Assembly: GCA_013239625.1 (NCBI GenBank)
Contig: MU053216.1
Location: 2,198,943 to 2,262,942, forward strand
Direction of reading: 5' to 3'
From: Lama guanicoe
Taxonomy: Eukaryota
Length of the DNA: 64,000 nt
Shown here piece after piece: positions 12,096 through 23,299 of the stretch; position 1 is the first letter of the stretch, and the number at the start of each line of letters is the position of its first letter. The position numbers were made by a program, and so were the translations under genes. The notes beneath the pieces are model-generated. The model made no database searches and had not been told where the DNA came from. It was given only the letters and a program-made list of their open reading frames with translations.

Positions 12096-14632
12096 GAGGT
12101 GCTTTGGAAGATGATCATGGTATGTTTGGAAGTAAGTCTTTCCACTGAGGAAAGTTCAGTTGCTGAATTTAGAGATCAAAACGTATTTACATTGATAATC
12201 CCGTCTCTGAATAAAATGAGAAAATAAAGGTTCACACTGCTGAAATTAATTCATGGGAACACACAGACCACCTGGTCCACATTCTCTCACTTTAAGACCA
12301 GGAGGCGGGGACAGGAAGCGGCCTGGCCACTGACAGGTGAGCCCTGGAGCCAGACGTCCTTCTGGGTGGTACAATTTTCTGCCCATCATGAACCACGAGA
12401 GTGGCTGGATGAAGAGTGGACAGGCTTCCCCAGGCCCACTCCCCTCCGTCCTGGCTCTGGGCTGGTCGTGGTCTCTATCTGTCCCACCAGTGCCCTCTCA
12501 TCCGGAACCACTGCAATCTGATTTCCTTCCTTCTGCCCGGCACATATGGTCTGAAGTGGATGCCTGCGTGCTCCCCCTTCTCATTCTAAGGGTAAAACAG
12601 AGCACTTTGCACATAGAACAACTTGGTGAACACTTTTTATATAAGCGTTTAAGTAACACCCCTTAGACGTCCCTGGGGCGGTGACCAGGCCTTCGGCTGC
12701 AACGTCCACTGCTTACCCCTGGGTGCTTGTGTTCAGTAACGGTTTGGGGATGAATGAATAAATAAGTAGATGAATCAAACAAGGTATATATCCCTGCCTT
12801 CCGAATAACCTGGACCCCCTCCGAAGTGGCATTTACAGAATACTGCTCATCCTTCATCCCGTGGGGTTTGGCAGAAACTAATTTTGTATTGATTGAAAAC
12901 ACATACTCATTGAAAAGTACTGTTACATGCACCGAAGGCTACAGTTTATTTTATTTCAGATTGTCTTTTATACCTGTTTTTCCCCTGTTCTGGTAATTGG
13001 ACAGCAGAAGTCACTAAAGACAGAGGCGATTTTCTTAGGTAGAAATGAAAATTATTTTTCAAAGTGGATTTAAATGTTCTTCTCCCTGGTCTTCATGTCA
13101 ACACAACATTTCACACTTTTCTCTTGTTACTATTTTCTCTCTAGACTTCGTTCAGACCCAGGCAACTTCTGGGAGGCACGTTAACGGGTGCCAAGGAGAG
13201 ATGACAATACGAGGCACTCGTTCTCCGGGGGAAGCACCGTCCCACCGTGTTGTTTTGCTCGGGACTCAGCTGACCGCGCCGCCTTGAGCCTGTGGTCTGG
13301 CCGATGGCGGATGAGTTAGCGTTGCCGATCTTCTTAGGCGCTGGGCGCGGGGGCGGGCGTCTCTTGCCGTGACTTTGGAAAGCACCTTCAGCTCCTTGGG
13401 CTTTTGCTTATTTCACCTGCGAAGCTGGGAGAAGAACTCCAGCCCTGTCGTGTTGTCTGAGAGGAAGTGCCTGCCGCGGTGCTTCCATCACTAGGGGTTA
13501 GCGTTGCGTCATCCTCGCCATCGCTGCTCCAGCTCAAGGGAAGCAGGCTCCTGATTCGCTCGGTAGTCATGGTGGAGTCTGACGAAGAGGCTTGTTTTCC
13601 TGACTCAGACTCCCGCCGTGCCATGGGCTTCCAGGGCGTGTCCTGTCTCGGGGACAGTTCCTCCTGGCAGGGTGCCATTTTTGCCGTTTTTACAAGAGGG
13701 CAGCCAGCCAGGAAGCCAGATCAGGGCAGATTCCGGGCACGGACGGTATAGGAAACATGCATAAAATTATGACCACAAACTGCCTTCAAAGAATTGTTCT
13801 GACGGTCTGAAAATACACAAATCGAACTTACTCTGATGATTTCATTCTTTTGAGGATTTCCTCCCTATTTCTGCCCGCGTTTAAAAAAACACCGACAATG
13901 AAGTGAAAACTGTTGCCAAAACCCTTTATAATGTGTGGATTTAGCTGGTCAGATGTGGTGGAAAATTACATCTAGGATGTTGAGAGTCAACCCATCAGTC
14001 ATGTGCACAGGGTTAGCCTGGCCCGAGTTCACATCTAGGGAAATCCACTGCTTTCTCTTTGATCGACGTCTGTAAATTTTAAAATATAGCAGATTATATA
14101 AATACTCTGGAAACCCTGTTTCGCTTTAGGCTCCCACGAAAGCTCCTTTTCAGTCCCAGGCACTAAAGGCTGGTACTCAGGTGGTTTCTGTCCTGCTTTT
14201 CTCAGATGCTGTTACCTGGGAGCTACCTGTCACCTTCAAGGGCAGTTGTTTCTCACATGCTGCTGACACAGATCCTCTCAGGCTGGGGCAGAGCTGACCT
14301 GTGTTATGCTGGAGGCTTCTGGTCTCGTGGCACACATCCTGCCACTCGTCCTCTCAAACTACCAACTTCATTAAATATCGTCGTGGTAGGTAGTTCAGTG
14401 AGAGCAACAGCATGTCCACTTGGACTTCTTACTGAGTGGGAGCAAGAAATTATGTGCAGTGGCCACTTTCCCCCTCCCCCGAGAGAGAGTTTTATCGGAG
14501 CAGTAGATGAAACAAGTGGCCTCAACATCGTTCCCTAAAATTCATCTCACTGCTTTAAAAAAAAGTGCTGTTAGAAACATTTGCAAATTGCTCCTCCATA
14601 CAACTTCTGCTTTAAAGACAACAACTACATGT

Positions 14633-14810
14633 TACTGTATATAAAATGGATAAGCAACAAGGACCTGCTGTACAGCACAGGGAACTATATGTGATACCTT
14701 GTAAGAACTTATAATGGAAGAGAATCTGAAAAAGAATGCATATAATAATGTATGCTGTGCACCTGAAACTAACACAACATTGTAAAAAACTGAACTTCTA
14801 TAAAAAAAGA
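14633..14810 (+). mobile_element. Short L1 3' end
   Basis: tataaaatggataagcaacaaggacctgctgtacagcacagggaac...acctgaaactaacacaacattgtaa, A tail. Confidence 0.9.
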
Positions 14811-17124
14811 AAGCGACTAACAGAATAGATGAATGGTTTTGAAGCTGCTTTTCATGAGGAATACTGCTTAATGTTAAAAAATCAGAAAAAGAGGGATGAA
14901 AAAGATGCAATGTAGGAGGTTGAAAATGAAAAATCTAGAGAATAAGCTAAGGTTTTCCAGCCCTCATCGCAACACCTGAGGCGGCAAAGAGCTGTATTTG
15001 TTTTTTCTCATCCATTTCCAGAAGTCTGTCCATCTTGGGACGCGTGGTGTAAAGAAATAATCTCTTGGAAACAGAAGACAAGGGATAGAAACTCAACTGC
15101 TAGCAGGATCTTAAACAAGTTAAGTCTCCTTTGACTATCAGCTTCCTTCATAAAACTTATATGACACATTCCTTATATTGTCTTTAGGAAAAATCATCAA
15201 CTTTGGCTTAAAAATACAGGGTGGATATGATAGGAAGGCTTAAAAGCACAGGATGATTACACAATGAATGACTTTGTTTTGTAGCTGCGTTTCCCATTTG
15301 GGGGCATAGTTTAGAATTTCAATTAAAAACATTCTGACTGTAATTTTACTCTTATCCCTGCCATTGGAAACAGGTAAAGAACAGTGACTCGACTGCCGTC
15401 ATGTTTTTGGAATTTGCAGTGGTAAATTTGTTGCTTTCTGGATTTGTAGGATATTTTAACTTTGAGATCCTAAAATGAAAATGTAAATTGGATAGTATGG
15501 GAAATGTAGGTGATTCTAGATACGTTGTTTATATAATATAATCTTCAGCTTAGTGTTTCAAAAATAATTTGGAATGACTGTTTGATTCATTTCTTAATTT
15601 TAGGTTGGCTTTCATCTATTCGTTAATGGTATAATTTTCTTATTTATCCAACAAATATCAATTGGGAACTGCTATTTAATAGTTTTTAAAGGAGCTTCTG
15701 GTCTATTTATTTTCTCCTATTTATTTCCATATTTTTCCACATAAAAACATAATCATCTGATGATTTCATGTGCATGTTTGATCATTTTTACCTACAGAAA
15801 GAGCAATTTCACATGGTTCAAAAATATGTATATATATTATATACACATTTACAATTGTCACAAAATAGATACATAGAGAAAATCAACAGAAGCAAAAGGG
15901 ACCGTTGAAAGATTTTTTTTCCAACATGATCCATTCTTGGGTATATAACAAGAGCTTAAAAATGACAACAACTTGAATTAATATAAATACAAATGTGGAC
16001 TGTATCTGAAGTGACAGGAGACACAGTGAATCAACCTAAATCCCTCGATCTGATCTTCTTTTCTCCAAAACGTATGTATAATCTTCGTCTCTCAGAAGGT
16101 TTTTATTAGAGCAGCTACAGCAGCAAAATGGCCCGCCTTTCCCCTACTCCTTTTTAGGATGACATCTGACTTGTCAAGACAACAGGGGAGAGGAAGGGGA
16201 GAAGGGGCCAGGAACCCACCACCATCTGAAATGTAGCCTGGGAACAATTTGGAACAGACACAGCAGTTTCCTCTTCGGAACGGGAAACCTATTCCCATTT
16301 ATCTTTCCGTCTGATTGATCATAATTACAAAGAGCCCCGGGAGTAGCTGTGACGTTTTTCTTTTCAACGTGAAAAGCAGTGCTGTGTGTACTCTAACTTG
16401 TAACTGTAACAAAGGGCTACGTATTTCCCACATACGCTGCCAGTTACCTAAACCACTTAATTTCCCCTTTATCACATTAATGGCACGTAGAATTAAATAC
16501 TGAGCTCTTTGGCTATTAACAATGTGCTTAATAAATAAAAAATGATTCTCCAAGTGGAAAAGAAGGAGGTTATTTCCAGACTTTGGAAAGGCTTCTGCTG
16601 CTTAGGGATAAAGCCTGCCTATGGAAATAGCACGTGGGTATTAAATGATTTAACACATTTTGGTTTATGCTTTTCTGATACATGTGCAAAATACAAGCTA
16701 ACAGGCTTGACAATATAGCATATACTAAGCAGTGACAGGAAAAAATTAATAGTATGAGGAGACCTTTAATTTTCTTTAATTAGGAAAACAGATTTGGGAT
16801 CTGGCTTCTTGATGGAACTGTGCTAATATGCATAACACTTTCCTGGATTATTCACTGGACACGTGTCTGCTCCTCTGTGGAAAAGCCCTCTGCTTCTCTG
16901 CAAGGGAACTGGTCTCACCCTGGAATCCAGTGTCTCCTAGCATCAGGCAGTCTGCAGACACAGTCAGCCCCTGCAGTGTATTCAAGTCTGTTTCAGCAGA
17001 TTAGATGCTAATGAATGAGTGGCTTCTCTTTTGTTCGCTGTCCCTCCGGGGCTTAGAACGGTGCTCAGCCCCTGTACTTGCTCAGTGGTGGTATGTGGAC
17101 AGGGAAGACATTTCAGCAGAGCAC

Positions 17125-20100
17125 TCCACAATTGTTCACAGTATTCCTTTACGATCCGTCCGTAGGATCTGCTGTGATGGCCTCTCTTTCATCCCTTGTG
17201 TTAGTAATTTGTGTCCTCTGTTTTTCTTAGCCTGGCTAGAGGATTATCAGCGTACTGATATTTTCAAAGAACGAGCTTTTGGTTTTGTTGATTCTTCTCT
17301 GTTGGTTTCCTGGTTTCAGTTTCATTGATTTTTTGCTCTAAATTTTATTTTTTTTATTCTTCTTGTTTTGGCTTTAATTTCCTTAAGTGGACACTTAGAT
17401 CTTCCTTATTCTCTAATATGTGCATGTGATACCATGCGTGTCTCTGTAGGGCACTATTTTTGCTGCACTCCACAAATTTTGATAAGTTGTATTTGCATTT
17501 TCATTTAGTTCACAGTGTTTTAAATTTACCTTGAGATTTCTTCTTTGACCCATGTGTTAATTAGAAATGTATTGTTTAAGCTCCATGTATTCTGGAATTT
17601 TCTAGTTACCTTTCTGTTAATTTCTTGTTTAATTCCATTTTAGTCTGAGAATAGACATTATGTGATGTATATGTATTTTTCCAATGTTTTAAGGTGTATT
17701 TTATGGCCCAGGATGTGGTCTATGTTGGTGAATGTTTCAAGTGAGTTCAGGAGAAGTGTGTATAATCTGTTGTCTGTTAAGTAGTCTATAAATGTCTGTT
17801 ACAACCAGTTGATTGATGGTGTTGTTGAGTTAACCTTGTCTTTACTGATTTTCTGCCTGCTGGATCTGTCCTGTCCTGAGAGGGGTGTTGAAGTCTCCAG
17901 CTATGACAGTGGATTCGTCCCTTTCTCCCTGACTGTTTTTGCCTCATGTAGTTTGATGCTCTGCTTTTAGGCTCAAACACGTAAGAATTGCATGTCTCCC
18001 AGGGAGCTGAAACCTTTATCATCATGTAATGCCCCTTTTTATCCCTGATAACTTTCCTTGCTTTGAAGTCTCCTCTGTCGGAAATTAACATAGCGACTCC
18101 AGCTTTCTTTTGCTTAGTGTTGGCATGGCATCTGTTTCTCCATCAATCCACCTTTGATCCATGTGTGTCTATATGTTTAGGTGGGTTTCCTGTAGGCAGC
18201 ATATAGCGAGGCCCCTTTCTTTCATCCACACTGACAATCTCTGTCCTCTAAGTGGTGCCTTTGCACCACTGACGTTCAGAGTGATTGCTGACACGGTTGG
18301 ATTGCTCTCCACCGTGTTACTCTCCACCATGTTAGTTACTCTCCACCATGTCAGATGCTCTTTTCTCTTTGTTGCCCTTGTTCTTTATTTGTATTTTTGT
18401 TTCTTGCTCTTTTACTATCTTTTCTGGTTCTAACTGAGCATTTTCTACGATTCCATTTTCTCTCCTTTCTTTTTTATGTTTATTTTTATACATTATAAAA
18501 AGCATACATTTATACTTTTTTATACTTCAATAAAAGTATATTTTTATACATTTTATGCTACTTTATTTTAGTGGTTTCCCTAGTGTTTGATGCACATTTA
18601 TACCCAATCCAAGTCCACTCTAGCACTTCAGTGGTAAGGAGAGAAACCAGCAATAACAAAATAATCCTAGTTCCTTCCTCTCACCCCTCATCTCATTGAC
18701 ACCATCTATTTCACTTATACACACAGTATGTATGTAGAGAAAAACATATATGTACACATCCACAGTGCACACTTAACGTAAGCATACATAACAGGTATAC
18801 ATAAGCATACATAATCAAATACATTGTTGCTATTATTATTTGGGACAAATTGCTATACATTAGATAAATTAAGAATAAGAAAAATAAAAATTTTTATTTT
18901 ATCTTCACTTACTTCTTCCTTGATGTTCATGCTTTACTTATGAAGATCCAACTTTGTGACCCATAATATTTTTCTTGTCTCAAGAATTTCAACATTTCCT
19001 GCAAGGCAGTCTTACTTATAACAAATTCCTCAGTTTTTGTTTGAGAAAAAGTCTTTATTTCTCCTTTGCTTTTGAAGGTTAACTTCAGAGTAAAGAATTC
19101 TAGGTTGGTGTTTTTTTTCCTTCAACACTTGAAATATTTCAGTCTACTTCCTTCTAGCTTGCATGGTTTCTGAGAAGTCAGAAATAGTTCTTATCTTTGT
19201 TCCTCTCTAGGTAAAGTTTTTTTTTTACTTCTCTGGTTTCTGTCAGGATTTCTTCTTTATCTTTGGCTTTCTGTAGTTTGGAGGTAATATTCTTAGGTGC
19301 AGTTTTTTGTTGTTTGTTTTGTTAGTTTTCATAGTGCTTGGTGTTCTCTGAGCACCCCGAATCCGTGGTGTGCTCGCGGACATTAACTTGAGGAAATTCT
19401 GAGCCCCTGTTGTTCCACATAGTCACCCTGCTCCCTTCTCTCCTCCCCTGGTCCTCCCATTTTGCGTATCTCGCGCTTTGTGGAGTGGTCGCGCCGCTGC
19501 TGGGCGTCCTGCTGTGTCTTCTCGGCCGTTGCTTTCTCTGCTCTGCGCGCGAGGACGGCGCCGGTGCGCCCTGCGGCACAGGGAGCCTTCGCTCGGCCGC
19601 GTCTGCTCTCCTCGGCGAGCGCTGCGGCGCTCGTCGTTTCTGTTCCAGGGCTCTTCCCGCCTCGCGCTGCCCTGTTTCCTTCCAGGACGTCTCTCCGCTC
19701 ACGCGGCCCGTCGCGCCTGCCCGCCCGTGGCCGCCGGGGCGGGGCGCGTGCGGCGCAGCTGTTCCGCGTCCCTGCGCCGGTAGCTCCGGCCCTGCGCGGC
19801 TCGGCTCCTCTCTAGGCGTGCGCTCGCCCTCCTCCTGGCAGCCGTGTGCTGCTTCCGTGCAGCCTGGGCCTGACGTCCAAGGAGCTGTGCAGACGGCTGG
19901 GTGGCCACTGTGGCCAGCTGCTGGGGGGGGTGTGAGGTGCTGCGGGGCCCGTGACCCGCCCGGCTGTCCGCGAGCCGGTGCCTCTGGGCGCTGACCTGGT
20001 TGCCGTTTATCGGCTTCCTTTCCCCTCCTAATAATTGGCTTCCCCGGGCGCGGCCTTGGTAGGGAGAATGCAGGGCCCTGGGAAACGCCGGGGCGGCTTG

Positions 20101-20445
20101 TCTTTGGCGTCTTCTGTGGAGCCCAGGTTGACCCTGGAGGCGAACCTCACGGAGTTGTGGGCGCCCCACGGCCGAGGCCCCCGAGGTCGGAAACCCCCGG
20201 CGGTGCCGCCCGGGCCGCTGCCCGCGGGGCCCACGGCCGCTCCCGCGCGCCTCGCCCAGGTGAGCTGTCGTTCTGGGTCTCTTTCTGCCTGTTTCTCCTC
20301 CCTCGGGGGCAGGGGTCTTCCCTGTGTCTTCGCCTCCCCTGCAGATCCAGGAGGCGCCGTTGGTGTTGCGGTTTGTTCGGCTTTCTGCTTGTTGTGCGGA
20401 CGGAGTGGCGTCTCCTGGGCCGCTTCCATGCGGAACCGGGAAGGT
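17125..20445 (-). mobile_element. Ancient L1 (L1MC/MD-like) 5' half: ORF2 endonuclease region, inter-ORF spacer, ORF1, 5' UTR
   Basis: Minus ORF 17786-18091 LISDRGDFKARKVIRDKKGHYMMIKVS matches L1 endonuclease; agaattctaggttgg...gcttggtgttctctgagc is ORF1 antisense; tttgttcggctttctgcttgttgtgcggacggagtggcg resembles the recalled L1MC 5' terminus. Confidence 0.85.
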
Positions 20446-20700
20446 CGCCTCCTGCATTGCTTTTCTGTTTCGTTTCACTGGTTTACGGCGTGTTTACGAC
20501 GTTTGTAATGTTATTTTTCGGCTTCCGTACACGCTGCGTGTGCCCACCGCCGAGGGTTTGATTTGCGTGCGGCCGCTGCTCGTTTGTCCTCCCGCTGCCG
20601 CTCTTCAGCACGTCGTCCTCTCGGACTTCGTGGACGGTGCAGCCCCTCTGCGGTGCAGTACGGGCCCCCCACCAGCGTCACGTCGGCCTTTATTAATGGT
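19480..20700. promoter_or_regulatory. CpG island overlapping the ancient L1 ORF1/5' UTR
   Basis: Dense CpG and high GC over about 1.2 kb against AT-rich flanks; GC box ggggcgggg at about 19736-19744; function not shown. Confidence 0.75.
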
Positions 20701-21770
20701 ATGTGTTCCAAGAGTCACATTTACTATCTACTTTCAGTGGCTTTTGGATTTCAAAGCACAGTTGGAAGTTTTTTTCCCCCGGTTTTAAAGGGATATGTTC
20801 GTGTGTTCTTGGAGCTCGTGAAATTTTCGTTGTGTTACGTTCGTGCCTCTAGTCCAACTGCAGTTTACTCTGTTGAGCCATGTGAGGGTCGGATCCAGTT
20901 TCAGGCTGGTTGGTGGTTTATTACTTTAGTTCCTTTTGTGTTTCCTCTTTTATTAATCTCTGTTTTAAAATTTGTTCTTTTTGCCCTCTATGGTTTTTTT
21001 CGTTTGTTGGTTGGTCTTTTATTACTGTTCTGAGGTGCATTTGTATTAACAGGATTGTTATGAGTATGAGTTTCATTCCCGTCTCTGAGCACTGATTTAG
21101 CAATTCCCGTAGATTCCAAAAAGCTGTGTTCTTGCCGTTTTCTAGAAATTTTCTATTTCCGTTTTGTGTTTTTCCATTTGATCCAAGGGTTATTTAATAT
21201 CATTAAAAAACATTCCAAGTAGAAGAGACTTTCAAATTTTTGTTATTTATGGTTTTACTGTGTAATGATAAAAGTATACTATTTGTACTATTTATTTTAA
21301 TGCTTTTAAACTAGCTCTGTTTTATATTTTTTATTTTTGTGTATGGAATTGTAGGTAGTTGGTTTGTTTGATGGCTCTGTGTTCACTTGAAAGAACGTAT
21401 GTCCTCTGCTGCCAAAGCACTGGGTTGTAACATTTACATACGACGTCCACGTTATGGGGTTGATTTGTAGGTCTTCTTTATCTTTAACTTTCCCACTACA
21501 TCCGCCTTGGACTGGGAGAGGTATTTAAAACCCCTTGTAATCAGCATTTGACGCCATCTCTTCCGTCTCCTGTGGCTGCTCCTGTAGGTAAGTTGCTGCT
21601 GTGTTTGGTGGGTGTATCCACATTGACTCATTTACTCTGCATTGTGCCTTGCAGTTTTCAACATTATAAAGGGTTTCTTTGTCATTTAATACCTTTGTCT
21701 GTGTCCTTTCCATGTAACCTTAGCATAACAGTCCTCACTTTTCTGTAGAAAGTGTGTTTGCTTGCTGTTA
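20700..21770 (-). mobile_element. Highly diverged L1 (L1ME-like) ORF2 remnant
   Basis: T-rich text with ttgatccaagggttatttaa and cttgaaagaacgtatgtcctctgctg motifs typical of antisense L1. Confidence 0.5.
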
Positions 21771-23075
21771 TCTTCGTGCCACCAAGATGGCAGATTCATT
21801 AGACAGAAAGGGAACTCGGGCCACCTTGGAGCAAGAGAGGCCCTGGCTCACAACGCTGTGGGGAGGGCGGGGGCGTAAAGTCCTGTCCCCTTCCCATTTG
21901 GGACACACACCTCAGGGCCTCACCCGAGGTGACCTTTTTCTCCAGTTCAGCCAGTACAGTCACAGGTTGTACGATTTTCACCTCTAATGATGATCTGGTT
22001 TCAGGTTGTAACCAAACTGCACAATTTCAGGACAGAAAAATCTCATTTTTTCTCAGAAGAGCAAAACATTGGAAAGGGGAAGTGGGGAGGGAAATATTAG
22101 AACTGAAACTAATAATTAATATTTTCTATTCAACATCTGTGGTCTTTGGAGGATTCTAATTTATTATTTTCTTTGGATTTGGAAGGGAGACAAAAATGGA
22201 CTTTCGCAAACAACAGTGATGTAGTTTGCGTAACAGCCAGCGAGAGTCTGTTTTGCCAATGCAGTTTGACTTCAGTGATGAATCTGGGGCTCATTTTCAT
22301 AAAAAGTATTTTTATCCACCAGTTGTATATATTTGCAACTCGTTAGACCAAGAACGAGTAGAATACCATGGTGGTTGGCATGCTAATATTCAAAGATGCT
22401 TGTTTTCTTTTTGAAGTACAAGTGAAATATAGTGGCAAAAGGTCAGAAATTTGGCAGTTTTGATGAAGCATGTGAAAGGACTTTCCTCTTTTTCATGATG
22501 AGGTGTTTTTGGGGAACTAGATTGGGTCACAAGAGCAGAAAGAATATCCTTTGTTGACTCGCTTATCTTTAAAAAAGTCTATTTACTTTCTGTAGAAAGT
22601 GCAGTGCAATGAAAAGCTCCCAGCTGCCTGTCACTGCAAAGCTTCAGTCTTCCCAGGTGCAGCGCAGCCGTTTATTGGAGAAGAGCGAAGTTATTAAAAG
22701 CCTCCGAGTCTCTGAGTAGCTAGCTCATTTGCCTACTTCGCTTAAACACTGGTCTAGAATCAGTTCTTGGCTAGAGAGCTGCTTATTTTGCAATTAGCAA
22801 AGAAGTGACATTTTTCTGATAATTTGCTAAAATATTCATAAGTTAACTCAATGCCAGTAGTTCACTTAAATGTAGTACAATGTTTAGTACCCACAGTGTG
22901 TCTATATTTTTCATATGACACAGTTGACAGGGTCTAAAGGCGCCAGAAGCTTTATGGAAACGAAGGTGTATGCTCTTGAGAAACCCTGACTGCACTACGA
23001 TAGACACACGATTCTACAGTAATTAGGGTCAAAAGACACATCCCTAGGAGATGAGACATGTCCCGTCCAGGCAGT

Positions 23076-23280
23076 GATAGCTCCCATTCGTTGAGTGGTT
23101 TCTGCATCTGGCCTTATGCTAAGTGCTTCACATATGTTAGCAATAATGCATTAACTCTCAGCGTAACTGTAAGTCAGGTATCACTGTAACTCTGTTTACA
23201 TGGGATTGTGAGGCTCAGGCTGATAACTGGGTCAAAGTAGCAGTAATTATGGAGCTGGGATTCAAACGTTGGTTCTAGAT
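23076..23280 (-). mobile_element. MIR SINE
   Basis: tgctaagtgcttcacatatg...tttacatgggattgtgaggctcag...gagctgggattcaaac. Confidence 0.75.
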
Positions 23281-23299
23281 TATATGCTCCTTTTCTTTT

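Noticed and set aside
19322..20788. Stack of long overlapping ORFs (up to 259 aa) on both strands
   Set aside because: Arg/Gly/Pro/Ala-rich, no recognisable domain; explained by stop-codon scarcity in GC-shifted L1 sequence
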